From positions 113,609 through 177,608 of the forward strand of contig JACPOL010000003.1 of NCBI GenBank assembly GCA_016185065.1: a DNA stretch of 64,000 bases, written 5' to 3'. Within the stretch, counting starts at the first letter, position 1, and each line of letters opens with the position of its first letter. The notes beneath the pieces are model-generated. The model saw only the letters and a program-made list of their open reading frames with translations. It was not told the origin of the DNA and did no database searches. Shown here in pieces: positions 1 through 9,360 of the stretch. Made by a program: the position numbers and the translations under genes. This DNA comes from Chlamydiales bacterium. GTDB taxonomy: Bacteria; Chlamydiota; Chlamydiia; Chlamydiales; Rhabdochlamydiaceae.

Positions 1-72
1 ACTCCCTCCCGCTTTTTAAACGAGATTCCCAAAGATCTTCTCAAAATCTCCTCCTGGAAAAAACCCGACTAG
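1..72 (+). CDS. 3' end of a UvrD/PcrA/Rep-type helicase gene (partial; start lies outside the window)
   Basis: Frame 1 reads TPSRFLNEIPKDLLKISSWKKPD, then TAG at 70-72. PSRFLxEIP is the conserved C-terminal motif of UvrD-family helicases. Only 23 codons are visible. Confidence 0.4.
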   Translation, partial: TPSRFLNEIPKDLLKISSWKKPD

Positions 73-177
73 CCTCATATAAGAGTTTTTCTTTCGGAAA
101 AACCCTCTGTTTATTTTGTTGGAATTTTTTACAGCCAAAATAGACATGTCTCTTCTGCTAATCCACAATTAAAAAAA

Positions 178-921
178 CTAGAGGGTGTTCAGGATGCGGG
201 TGAGGCCGCCGTGCTTGCGGATGAACTCTTTGCCCCAAGCGCCAACCCAGTGGACGATGAGCGCGCCGTGAATAACGCCCGATGAGGGCTGCACGTTGCA
301 GATCTCGGGCAGCTCGAAGATGGGAATCTTCTCAGAAAAGATGATGCGAGATAAAACGCACTGATCTCCCATGAAGCGCTCGCTATTTTTAGAAGACTCC
401 TCTGCCCATCTTTTCAAAATGGGTGCGTCTTTTTTATAGAGAATAACTCCAGAATTATAGACCACCTCACCGATAAGAAGTGTGGGGTCGCCTTGTTTGA
501 CGAGTGGTTCTCGAACAATTCCAAAATCTGCACCATCTGGAAGAGTTGAAAAAATGGGATCAAGTGGGCCTAAAACCTCACAATCGAGATCGAGCCAGAG
601 GGTTGTTTGAAAGGGGGTCTCAAGCATTGAGGAGGGCTTCCTAAACCAGGCTTGCCTCGCCTTCCAAACAGAGGAGCCGTAACTCTGCTCCCATCTGCTT
701 GCAACATCTTGCAGGCACTCCGCTCTGTCTTTGATCTTTCCAGCATCCAGCGTAGCAGTAATGACCTTCAGGCGGCTATGACACCAGGCGCGCGCCTGGT
801 CCGACATGCCGAGGTCGATAATGGCAACAGGGAGTGTATTAGTCCGTCTATAGCTCTCCCACCACCAAGAAAGCAGCCACTCCTGCTCCTTATCTACAGC
901 TAGAAGGACCCCTCTCTGCAT
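178..921 (-). CDS. Glycosyltransferase, family 8-like (nucleotide-diphospho-sugar transferase fold)
   Basis: 247-aa ORF with a DxD-type motif (WLDLDCEV) and YNSGVILYKK, resembling the GT8 NSGV signature. Confidence 0.55.
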   Translation of the reverse strand: MQRGVLLAVDKEQEWLLSWWWESYRRTNTLPVAIIDLGMSDQARAWCHSRLKVITATLDAGKIKDRAECLQDVASRWEQSYGSSVWKARQAWFRKPSSMLETPFQTTLWLDLDCEVLGPLDPIFSTLPDGADFGIVREPLVKQGDPTLLIGEVVYNSGVILYKKDAPILKRWAEESSKNSERFMGDQCVLSRIIFSEKIPIFELPEICNVQPSSGVIHGALIVHWVGAWGKEFIRKHGGLTRILNTL

Positions 922-923
922 AC

Positions 924-1985
924 TTATCTTTTATAGGTTTCGAGGTAGCTTATAGTTTCCGCGATCTCTGGTTTCTGCGTCTCTGGAGCCGAACTATACG
1001 AGGCGTTGGCATGTGTAAGAGCTTCTGAAATCTCATTTTTTGTGAAGAGATACTGGGCGATCATCATCTCCACCTTCCATGTATTTTCTTTATCTTTCTC
1101 TCCAAACTTTTTCAGGTATTGGACGAGTGGCTTCACTGCAGACTTCGTCTGGTTCTTCTTTTTGAAGTTATGTGATTTGACTTGGAAATCCAGGATCGCG
1201 AGTCGAAGTTGCGAACCGCTTAAGTTCTTTGGATCTCTCTCTGTGATTTTTTCTCTTATCGACTCTCTCTCTTCTCTATCTCCGCTCTCTTGAAGCTCGG
1301 CATATCGCTCTAAAAGAAAGAAGGTTCCCTGATCCTTTTTTAATCCCATCGCCATCAAGCTATCTGTATAACGATTGCAGTTTAGTTCACGCGCTTTCAG
1401 ATAAAGAGGCTGAAGCTCTTCTGCGCCTAAAAGAGAGAGCTCTTGTCCATCGACCTTTCCACTTAGCTCTTCATAATCAGCGATCATCTTTTCAATGCGG
1501 GCTGCAAATTCAGCAGGAGTGAGCGGCAGATAACCGATTCTGAACATCTCCTCTTGATTTGGAGTGATGACAATAAGCGTAGGAAGCTCTTTAACTCCGT
1601 AGATCGACTTTAACTCTTGAACCTGAACTGCTGTTGCGTTCTTATTAAATGGAATGTTCAACCAGACAAAGTTGAGCTGATCTTTCAGTGGGTTAATAAA
1701 ATCTGGGTCGCTTAATATCTCTTTGTCGATCTTATCAGTCCACGGACACCAGCCACTGCCCATAAACGCGAGGAGCAGGGGTTTCCCATTCTCTTGCGCT
1801 TTAGTTAAAGACGCAGAATAGTCTTCGCTCCAGATGCTGGACTTTTTCTGCTGAAGAAGGACCTGTTCTATCTGCTCTCGAGGAGTTACAGGCAGAAGAA
1901 GCGTCTTTCCCTCACTTCCCATTTGAGAAGAGATCTGAGCCGAAGTGAGCAGCAGCAGAGAGGAGAGAAGAAAAATACGGTGCAT
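924..1985 (-). CDS. Secreted thioredoxin-fold protein
   Basis: 353-aa ORF. N-terminal signal peptide (MHRIFLLSSLLLLTSAQISS). Thioredoxin-like segment LLLAFMGSGWCPWTDKIDKEIL, in which WCPW replaces CxxC. Confidence 0.55.
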   Translation of the reverse strand: MHRIFLLSSLLLLTSAQISSQMGSEGKTLLLPVTPREQIEQVLLQQKKSSIWSEDYSASLTKAQENGKPLLLAFMGSGWCPWTDKIDKEILSDPDFINPLKDQLNFVWLNIPFNKNATAVQVQELKSIYGVKELPTLIVITPNQEEMFRIGYLPLTPAEFAARIEKMIADYEELSGKVDGQELSLLGAEELQPLYLKARELNCNRYTDSLMAMGLKKDQGTFFLLERYAELQESGDREERESIREKITERDPKNLSGSQLRLAILDFQVKSHNFKKKNQTKSAVKPLVQYLKKFGEKDKENTWKVEMMIAQYLFTKNEISEALTHANASYSSAPETQKPEIAETISYLETYKR

Positions 1986-2037
1986 TTTGTTGTAACCTTG
2001 GTAAAATCGTAACCAGCCCCAACCTGTCTATAAGAAA

Positions 2038-2532
2038 ATGTTTACTTTTCCACCAACGATTATTTTAAGACACAGACGAGAGAATCTAAGAAAGTGCAGC
2101 CTTCGCGGATTAGAATCGCGAGAGGATCTCTCTTTCTTTACCTACCCGAAAGATTCTCTCCCCATCGTTGAAAATTATCTTTTACTCTCGATGGATGGAG
2201 AGGCCCTCTCAGAAAGAGACCGGGATCTGGGGCTCCTGCTTCTGGATGGGACCTGGCGCTACGCTGAAAAAATGAAAAAGAGCCTCTCCTTTCCTCTGAT
2301 TGAACGCAGCATCCCCCCTGGATTTCAGACCGCCTATCCGAGGAGTCAGGAGGATTGCAAAGACCCTACAAAGGGGCTGGCGTCGGTTGAAGCTCTCTAT
2401 ATCGCCTACGTGCTGATGGGTAGAGATCCCAAGGGTCTGCTCGATCACTACTACTGGCGTGAAAAATTTTTAGAATTAAATCGAAAACACTTAGAAAGAG
2501 CTCTCTCTCCAACCTTGACTTTTTCCTCTTAA
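2038..2532 (+). CDS. DTW-domain protein (TDD superfamily, tRNA/rRNA aminocarboxypropyltransferase-like)
   Basis: 164-aa ORF containing the diagnostic LLLLDGTWRYA (DTW) motif. Confidence 0.6.
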   Translation: MFTFPPTIILRHRRENLRKCSLRGLESREDLSFFTYPKDSLPIVENYLLLSMDGEALSERDRDLGLLLLDGTWRYAEKMKKSLSFPLIERSIPPGFQTAYPRSQEDCKDPTKGLASVEALYIAYVLMGRDPKGLLDHYYWREKFLELNRKHLERALSPTLTFSS

Positions 2533-2573
2533 TTGCTTAGTTTTTAGCCTTTTCAAACGCTCTGGCGCACTTA

Positions 2574-3845
2574 GTGAAACAAAAAATTTATCCAATCGAA
2601 GAACACGGTCTTCCTATCGACCAGATCGACCGCGACGCTCTCTACGTTATGGAGAAGCTCCAGTCGGCTGGCTACATAGCCTACCTAGTCGGCGGAAGCG
2701 TGCGAGACCTGCTCTTGCGCAAGACGCCAAAAGATTTCGATATCTCCACCTCTGCAGAACCCGAAGAGATCAAAAAGCTGTTTAGAAACTGCATTCTCAT
2801 CGGCAGGCGCTTTCGCCTTGCCCACGTTCGTTTTGGAAAAAAAGTGGTCGAAGTGGCGACCTTCCGCTCCGGCGACTTGGAGAGTACCGATCTGGTTATC
2901 CGCGATAACAAGTGGGGAAGCGAGGAAGAAGATGTCATGCGGCGCGACTTTACCATCAATGGCCTCTTTTACGACCCCTCTACACAAACGATCATCGACT
3001 ATGTCGGTGGCTATCCTGATGCGCTACGCAAATATTTAAGGACGATCGGCCAGCCTTTCGTCCGTTTTAAGCAGGATCCAGTGCGCATGATCCGCCTTCT
3101 GAAATTTCAGGCGCGCTTTGGTCTTGAGATCGATCCAGATGCGAGAATCGCTCTTCTCGAATGCCGTCACGAGATCTTGAAGAGCTCTTCCGCACGCGTC
3201 CTTGAGGAGCTACTTCGCATGCTAGAGCTCGGCTCCGCTTGCTCCTTTTTCCGTCTGATGACAGAGCATGGTCTCCTGCAGCTCATGATGCCTGCTCTCG
3301 CTGAATTTTTAGAGAAGGATGAAGGAGAAGAGATCTACGACTTCCTTCAAGAGGTCGACAGCACATTCCATGAGCCTCCTCTACCGATCTTGGAAAGGCC
3401 TGTGCTGGTGAGCTGCCTGCTATTCCCCATCTTTCAAAGAAGGCTCCTCACTCGCTATGAAGACCGCGGCCGTCATCCCCATCTAGGTGAAATTCTCTTT
3501 GAAGCCAACGATCTAATCGATGAGGTCTTCTCGACATTCTTCCACATTTCAAGGCGTCTTAAAGTTGGAATTTCGTCGGTATTAACCGCTCAGTTCCGGC
3601 TGACTCCGTTCGAGAAGAAGCGCGGCAAGCACCTCCGGGTACCAAACGACCCCGACTTCCCTCTCGCATTGAAATTCTTAGAAGTGCGCGCAGCTCTAGA
3701 GCCCGGCCTGCAAAAGGTGGTAGAGGATTGGAATCTAGCACTTACTTCACCGCAACTTCCTCCGAAAAAGCGACGAAGAAGAAAGAAGAGCAAATCTGGA
3801 ACTCCAGAGGGAAAGGGTCATAGTGGTTCAGAGCCTAACGCTTGA
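2574..3845 (+). CDS. pcnB: Poly(A) polymerase / tRNA nucleotidyltransferase family protein (PcnB-like)
   Basis: 423-aa ORF with a GTG start. Head-domain motif YLVGGSVRDLLLRKTPKDFDIST plus RRDFTING, and a basic C-terminal tail (KKRRRRKKSKS). Confidence 0.8.
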   Translation: MKQKIYPIEEHGLPIDQIDRDALYVMEKLQSAGYIAYLVGGSVRDLLLRKTPKDFDISTSAEPEEIKKLFRNCILIGRRFRLAHVRFGKKVVEVATFRSGDLESTDLVIRDNKWGSEEEDVMRRDFTINGLFYDPSTQTIIDYVGGYPDALRKYLRTIGQPFVRFKQDPVRMIRLLKFQARFGLEIDPDARIALLECRHEILKSSSARVLEELLRMLELGSACSFFRLMTEHGLLQLMMPALAEFLEKDEGEEIYDFLQEVDSTFHEPPLPILERPVLVSCLLFPIFQRRLLTRYEDRGRHPHLGEILFEANDLIDEVFSTFFHISRRLKVGISSVLTAQFRLTPFEKKRGKHLRVPNDPDFPLALKFLEVRAALEPGLQKVVEDWNLALTSPQLPPKKRRRRKKSKSGTPEGKGHSGSEPNA

Positions 3846-4587
3846 GAACGGACTCTCCCTATCCTATCTTGGAAAAGACCTCGGCGAGGGGCCTCTTCCC
3901 GCTCTCTTCTACTTCGCTCTCTCCGGCGAAGAGAGCTTGATGCTCGATCCTTACAATCAGCCAGCTGCCTTTCTCGCGAACTACCCCATGAGACTTTTTT
4001 CAATGTCTCTCCCGTTCCACGGACCGGGATTCTCTCCCGTCGAGGCTCTTACCTTCTGGGCAAAGCGTCTTGCCGAGGGCCACAACTTAATAGAAGAGTT
4101 TGTAGATCAAGTGAAAGCTGCGTTTGAACATCTCGTTAATCGAGGCGCCATCCTACACGACCATGTGGGTGTAGCTGGCCTTTCAAGAGGAGCATTTATC
4201 GCATGCCACGTGGCTGCAAAAATTCCGCAGATCGACACGATTCTCGGTTTCGCCCCTCTTGTAGATCTCTCCTCCACAAAAGAGTTTGAAGAGATTGCAG
4301 AACTCCCTCTGATAAAGAGCCTGCGACTCGAATCACAAGTAGATGCTCTTATCGGTCGCTCTTTACGCTTTTACATCGGCAATCTAGATACTCGCGTGGG
4401 CACCTCCCGCTGCTTTCAATTCATTGAAATGCTCTCCAAAAAATCTCAAGAGAGAGGAGTGCGCTCACCTAGAGTTGAGCTGAGGATCAATCCATCCATC
4501 GGCCATCAAGGCCATGGAACATCTAAAGAGATCTTCGAACATGGAGCCGCATGGATGGCCCGCAAGCTTGGAGCATCTCTACAATGA
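3823..4587 (+). CDS. Alpha/beta hydrolase (esterase/dienelactone-hydrolase-like)
   Basis: 254-aa ORF with nucleophile elbow GLSRG and a late HQGHG histidine. Its 5' end overlaps the pcnB 3' end by 23 nt. Confidence 0.55.
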   Translation: MVQSLTLENGLSLSYLGKDLGEGPLPALFYFALSGEESLMLDPYNQPAAFLANYPMRLFSMSLPFHGPGFSPVEALTFWAKRLAEGHNLIEEFVDQVKAAFEHLVNRGAILHDHVGVAGLSRGAFIACHVAAKIPQIDTILGFAPLVDLSSTKEFEEIAELPLIKSLRLESQVDALIGRSLRFYIGNLDTRVGTSRCFQFIEMLSKKSQERGVRSPRVELRINPSIGHQGHGTSKEIFEHGAAWMARKLGASLQ

Positions 4588-5729
4588 GCTGTGATCTCTT
4601 TATTTTTGCAGGCGAAGCTAGCGCAGATCTTTTGGGAGCAGAGCTGCTAAAAGCACTCAAAGAGCAAGGCGCTGACCTAAAAATGATCGGTGTGGGCGGA
4701 CCCAAAATGCGCGCTGAGGGCTTCAGCTGCATCGCTCAGATGGAAGAGTTCAGAGTCATGGGATTTGTGGATGTCTTCTTGGCTCTGCCAAAACTGATTA
4801 GGCAGTTCTTTTCTATCCGAAAAGCGATCTTGAAGATCAACCCCAAAATGGTCCTCTTCATCGATTATCCCGGATTTAATTTGCGCATGTCACGCGCTCT
4901 ACGCAAGAAGGGGTTTACCGGAAAACTCTGCCACTTCGTCTGCCCTTCAGTTTGGGCGTGGGGAAAAGGGCGGATTAAAACCATGGAGAAGACTTTAGAT
5001 CTTCTGCTTACAATCCTACCATTTGAAGCTCGTTATTTTTCAAACACTTCCCTACAGGTAAAGTATGTAGGACATCCTCTTGTACAGAGGATAAGAGAGC
5101 ATCTTTCGAGCAAGGCTCTCTCTTTTCCTTCAAGGCGCCTCATCTCCATCTTTCCGGGCAGCAGGAAGAAAGAGATTCTTCGGAACTTCCCCCTCTACCT
5201 TCGCGTAGCAAAAAGACTCCTTTCCGACTCTCCCGAATTAATTTTCGGCATCTCCCTATCCCACCCCTCCTTCGCTCCCCTTTTAAAAGAGTTAACGGAA
5301 AAAGAAGGGCTGACTTGGGAAAAAGAGATCGTTCTCATCCCGCCGCAAGAGACCTACGCGCTGATGCGTGGATCAGAAGTTGCAATTGCCAAATCTGGAA
5401 CTGTGACCCTTGAACTCGCTCTTCACGGCATCCCAACAGTTGTGACCTATGCGATCTCACCTCTCGACATTCTGATCGTAAAGTGGATCCTGCGTATTCG
5501 CCTCCCCTTCTGGTGTCTTCCAAATATCATCCAAGAGCAGGAGGTCTTCCCAGAACTGATCGGCCCCATTTTTACTGAAGAGAACCTCTATAAACATGTC
5601 AATCAGCTGCTTAACGATCCTAAAGCTCGAGAGAGCTGCAGAGAAAAGTGCCTAGCAGTTGCGACTTCTCTCGGAGAAAAAGAGTCCTTAAAAGAAGCTA
5701 CAAAATTAGTAAAAGAGTTTGTTACATAG
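4584..5729 (+). CDS. lpxB: Lipid-A-disaccharide synthase
   Basis: N-terminus MSCDLFIFAGEASADLLGAELLKALK is the typical LpxB start. I chose the ATG at 4584, which overlaps the upstream stop as ATGA, rather than the track start at 4551. Confidence 0.85.
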   Translation: MSCDLFIFAGEASADLLGAELLKALKEQGADLKMIGVGGPKMRAEGFSCIAQMEEFRVMGFVDVFLALPKLIRQFFSIRKAILKINPKMVLFIDYPGFNLRMSRALRKKGFTGKLCHFVCPSVWAWGKGRIKTMEKTLDLLLTILPFEARYFSNTSLQVKYVGHPLVQRIREHLSSKALSFPSRRLISIFPGSRKKEILRNFPLYLRVAKRLLSDSPELIFGISLSHPSFAPLLKELTEKEGLTWEKEIVLIPPQETYALMRGSEVAIAKSGTVTLELALHGIPTVVTYAISPLDILIVKWILRIRLPFWCLPNIIQEQEVFPELIGPIFTEENLYKHVNQLLNDPKARESCREKCLAVATSLGEKESLKEATKLVKEFVT

Positions 5730-6167
5730 ATGAAAATTCATATCGATCGATTACGCGATGGGCGCGTGGAAAAAATTGAGGAGACTCTCTCTCCTGAATT
5801 TCTAGAAGTCTCCGAAGAGGAGCTCGCCTTTAAAGAAACAATTACCGTTAAGGGAGAGGCTTACCTCGCGGAGGATCACCTCTTCATCACGTTAAATGGC
5901 GAGACGACCCTTCAGATGCCGTGTCAGATTTGCAACCGCACAACTAAGCTCCCTCTAATTATAGAAAAATTTACTCATGCTGAGGAGCTTACAGACATTA
6001 AAAGCGCTATTTATGATGCAGCACCACTACTCAGAGAGGCGATTCTCCTGCAGATCCCCCCATTTGCCGAGTGCGCGGGAAATAGCTGTCCGGAGAGGGG
6101 GTCTTTAAATAAATATTTAAAAGACAGAGAAAATCCCATCCACTTCCCATTTGCGGGATTGGAATAA
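5730..6167 (+). CDS. yceD: YceD/DUF177 family protein
   Basis: 145-aa acidic ORF with a CxxC...C pattern. It sits immediately upstream of rpmF-plsX, the classical yceD-rpmF-plsX synteny. Confidence 0.6.
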   Translation: MKIHIDRLRDGRVEKIEETLSPEFLEVSEEELAFKETITVKGEAYLAEDHLFITLNGETTLQMPCQICNRTTKLPLIIEKFTHAEELTDIKSAIYDAAPLLREAILLQIPPFAECAGNSCPERGSLNKYLKDRENPIHFPFAGLE

Positions 6168-6232
6168 AGTCTCTTTAAAAAAAAGTCGCGCAGCGTCTAA
6201 TATAGACGCCTTAGAAGAATGGAGACCTTATT

Positions 6233-6415
6233 ATGGCAGTACCACGTAACCGCACTTCGAATGCGCGAAAAAATTCTAGACGCTCTCACCATGCAAAAAA
6301 GCCGCTGAACGTATCTGCGTGCTCTAACTGCAAAAATCCTACTCTGTCCCATAAGATCTGCCCAAGCTGCGGATTCTATGATGGACGCGCTGTGATCCAT
6401 GAGAGGACAAAGTAA
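6233..6415 (+). CDS. rpmF: 50S ribosomal protein L32
   Basis: 60 aa. MAVPRNRTSNARKNSRRSHHA plus the zinc-ribbon pair CSNC...CPSC. Confidence 0.95.
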   Translation: MAVPRNRTSNARKNSRRSHHAKKPLNVSACSNCKNPTLSHKICPSCGFYDGRAVIHERTK

Positions 6416-7361
6416 CTCCCCGGTGCGCGTCGCAGTCGATCTTCAAGGCAGCGACACGACTCCGGACCTGCTTCTCCCTTCTCTTCTAGCTCTTCATGAG
6501 GAGCTAAAAGATTCCGTTTCGTTTACCTTTTTTGTCCCCCAAGAACTCGCTCCCAAGATTCCTAAAACGATCTCTGCGGTAGTATGCCAAGAGGTCATTG
6601 TCATGGAAGATGACCCTCTTTCCGCTATTAGGAAAAAGAAGAACTCCTCTCTTGTGCAAGGCGTTACACGCATGCAGAAGGGAGAGATCGATGCTTTCAT
6701 CTCTGCAGGGAATACAGGTGCGCTTCTCGGAGCGAGTCATATGCTTCTCCCTCTACTTCCTGGAATCGACCGCGCTGGTCTTTTAACTCTTCTACCTACG
6801 CGTCAGAAAGAGATCGCTATCATCGATGTTGGTGCAAATGTCGCCTGCAAACCGGAGCATCTCTTCCAGTTTGCCCTCATGGGAGTTGCCTATCTGAAGA
6901 GCTGCGGCATAGAAAGCCCTACAATTGGCCTGCTAAACATCGGAAGCGAACCGATCAAAGGGACGGCTGAGCTCCGTGAAACCTACCAGAGGCTTCAAGA
7001 GTTTTGCAAAAAAGAGAGCTCTGTCCATTTTGCTGGCAATATTGAAGCTAGAGACGTCTTTAAAGGGGAGATCGACCTCCTGGTTACGGATGGATTTTCT
7101 GGGAATATCTTTTTAAAAACAGCTGAAGGGTTAGCAGCCTTTATTCTAGAGCTTCTAGAAGAGACTTCAGCCTATGCCGGCTTGAGACATCGTTTGAATT
7201 ACGCCGAGTATCCCGGTGCAATTTTGTGCGGAGTTGAAGGGGTGATCGTTAAGTGCCACGGCACAGCCTCCCCGCAATCCTTCATCCGCAGCATCAGAGG
7301 CGCTGTCCGCCTCGTCCAACACTCCTTCCTCGACAAGATCCGCGCCGAGCTCACCCTCTAA
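6399..7361 (+). CDS. plsX: Phosphate acyltransferase PlsX
   Basis: 320 aa. VRVAVDLQGSD and ISAGNTGA motifs. Located downstream of rpmF. Confidence 0.85.
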   Translation: MRGQSNSPVRVAVDLQGSDTTPDLLLPSLLALHEELKDSVSFTFFVPQELAPKIPKTISAVVCQEVIVMEDDPLSAIRKKKNSSLVQGVTRMQKGEIDAFISAGNTGALLGASHMLLPLLPGIDRAGLLTLLPTRQKEIAIIDVGANVACKPEHLFQFALMGVAYLKSCGIESPTIGLLNIGSEPIKGTAELRETYQRLQEFCKKESSVHFAGNIEARDVFKGEIDLLVTDGFSGNIFLKTAEGLAAFILELLEETSAYAGLRHRLNYAEYPGAILCGVEGVIVKCHGTASPQSFIRSIRGAVRLVQHSFLDKIRAELTL

Positions 7362-7374
7362 CCCAACCACTTCT

Positions 7375-7396
7375 CCTTCGCCTTTTTAGGCGAAGG
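7375..7396 (+). terminator. Stem-loop after plsX (possible terminator)
   Basis: ccttcgcc-ttttta-ggcgaagg, an 8-bp perfect stem 14 nt after the plsX stop. No clear T-run follows. Confidence 0.35.
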
Positions 7397-7488
7397 CCAA
7401 ACAATTTATTAATTTTTTAGAGCCAAAATAGACATGTCGGACGGTGTGCGCTTCGCCACACCTCCCTTGGGCCACCTTGCGCTGCATG

Positions 7489-7652
7489 CGAAAGAAGGGG
7501 ATCGGGCACCGGCACGGGCACGCACACGTTCACGAAAGAAAGACGGGAGAGAAGAATCGGGCACTCTTTTCTCTTTCTCCCTCTTCCGTGTCCCCTCTCT
7601 TTCTCTCTTTCGTGAACGTGTGCGTGCCCGTGCCCGATCTTCTCTCTTTCTT
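7489..7652. repeat. Long imperfect palindrome built from GGCAC-type hexamers
   Basis: The left arm ...gatcgggcaccggcacgggcacgcacacgttcacgaaaga... is the reverse complement of the right arm ...tctttcgtgaacgtgtgcgtgcccgtgcccgatc.... The centre is a purine/pyrimidine tract (agaaagacgggagagaag / ctcttttctctttctccctcttcc). Confidence 0.85.
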
Positions 7653-7818
7653 TAACTACAACTGCAATTTGTTATGAAGATTCTCCGAGCTAAAGCAGAA
7701 GACTTCCCCAAAGAGCAGTTTTTCAGAGAAATTTTCTGGGAGAATTAAACTCAAAACTCAGGTTAATATTGGGGGTAACCAACCTACCTGAGTTAAAATT
7801 TTACTTAACGGATTACCA

Positions 7819-9360
7819 ATGGAAGAGATTCTTTTAAACATCGAATCAAAAGAGAGACGCTACGCCCACCTTAGAAACGGCGCGCTCTACGATCTGATTC
7901 TAGAACGAAAAAAAACAAGACAGCTCGCGGGCAATATCTATCGCGGCAGAGTGACAAACATCCTGCATAACATCCAATCAGCCTTCATCGATATCAACGA
8001 GGGGGAAAATGGATTTATCCACATCTCCGATATCATTGAAAACTCTCAAAAGCTCCAAGAGATGTTCGAAATGGATTTCGACTGGGAGTATGAGGAGAAA
8101 GAGGGATCAAAAGCGCAAAAAGATGCCGACATCACAAAACTACTAAAAAATGATCAGCCAGTTCTTGTACAGGTTGTAAAAGAGCCGATAGGAACCAAAG
8201 GAGCGAGGCTGACTTCGAACATCTCCATTCCTGGCCGCTACCTGGTGATGCTTCCAAATACCTCTCACCGAGGCGTCTCCAGAAAAATTGAGGATCCAGC
8301 AGCTCGCGAACGCCTAAAAAAACTCATTCAAGCGTTTGAGATGCCGAAAGATATGGGGCTCATCTGCCGTACTGCAAGTATGAACGCCACTCAAGAGATG
8401 CTCATTGACGAAGCTAATGATCTTCTAAAAACCTGGCAGACAATTGTAGAGAACTTTAATAACGCAAGCAGACCCACCTGTCTGTATGAAGAATCGGATC
8501 TCATCAAGCGTGCAGTGATTACCGCCGTAGATAAGAAGTTCGATCGCATACTCGTCGACGACTATGCAACTCACCAGACGTGCAAACGAATCTATGCCAA
8601 ATATAGCACCGAACACGATCTAAAAATCGAACTCTATCGCGATAAGACGCCGATGTTCGAACGGTTCAACGTAGAAAGAGAGATCGATAAGGCTCTACGC
8701 AGAAAGATCTGGCTATCAAGCGGAGGCTACCTCTTCTTCGATCGCACAGAAGCGATGTTCACAATTGATGTGAACTCTGGAAGAAGCACAAAATCCTCAT
8801 CATCTGGCGACGTTGAAGAGACGCTGGTACGTATCAACATGGAAGCGGCAGACGAAATTGCAAGGCAGCTTAGACTGCGCAATATCGGCGGTCTCATTAT
8901 CTGCGACTTTATCGATATGCGCTCGCGAAAGAACCAGCGACGCGTTCTCGACCGATTGAAGGAAGCAATGAAAGACGACTCTGCAAAGTGCACGATCCTG
9001 GGCATGAGCGAGTTTGGCCTGGTTGAAATGACAAGACAGAGAAGCCGTGAGTCGTTAATGCAGACTCTCTTTACCGACTGCCCTTACTGCGGTGGCAATG
9101 GAATGATTAGATCATACGAGACCACTTCTATCGAGATTGAAAGAGCATTGAAAAAGCTGATTTCAGCGGAAGAGCAGTTTGCACTGGAACTCGTCTCTCA
9201 CCCCGACGTAGATCGCTATCTATGCCACGGTGATAAAGACTACTTCCGTAAGCTCGCTGAAAGATCGAATGCGCACCTTGAATTTAAAACTAATGACAAT
9301 CTTCACTTAAACGACTTTAAATTCTTTTCGACTATCAATGGAAAACAGATCGAAACCTGA
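7819..9360 (+). CDS. rng: Ribonuclease E/G family endoribonuclease
   Basis: 513 aa. S1-domain start (GNIYRGRVTNILHNIQSAFIDINEGENGFIHISD), FTIDVNSGR, and the Zn-link CPYCGGNG. Confidence 0.85.
   Translation: MEEILLNIESKERRYAHLRNGALYDLILERKKTRQLAGNIYRGRVTNILHNIQSAFIDINEGENGFIHISDIIENSQKLQEMFEMDFDWEYEEKEGSKAQKDADITKLLKNDQPVLVQVVKEPIGTKGARLTSNISIPGRYLVMLPNTSHRGVSRKIEDPAARERLKKLIQAFEMPKDMGLICRTASMNATQEMLIDEANDLLKTWQTIVENFNNASRPTCLYEESDLIKRAVITAVDKKFDRILVDDYATHQTCKRIYAKYSTEHDLKIELYRDKTPMFERFNVEREIDKALRRKIWLSSGGYLFFDRTEAMFTIDVNSGRSTKSSSSGDVEETLVRINMEAADEIARQLRLRNIGGLIICDFIDMRSRKNQRRVLDRLKEAMKDDSAKCTILGMSEFGLVEMTRQRSRESLMQTLFTDCPYCGGNGMIRSYETTSIEIERALKKLISAEEQFALELVSHPDVDRYLCHGDKDYFRKLAERSNAHLEFKTNDNLHLNDFKFFSTINGKQIET

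Noticed and set aside
4551-4583. The upstream start for lpxB given in the track.
   Set aside because: The extra 11 residues (MDGPQAWSIST) overlap the preceding gene. The LpxB family N-terminus begins at the ATG at 4584, which forms an ATGA overlap with the upstream stop.
7434-7677. Two overlapping 73- and 77-aa ORFs. Similar small ORFs lie at 13176-13389, 13201-13389, 13350-13532 and 25242-25493.
   Set aside because: They lie inside the long palindromic elements. The self-complementary sequence produces mirror-image open frames on both strands. There is no RBS and the composition is not protein-like.
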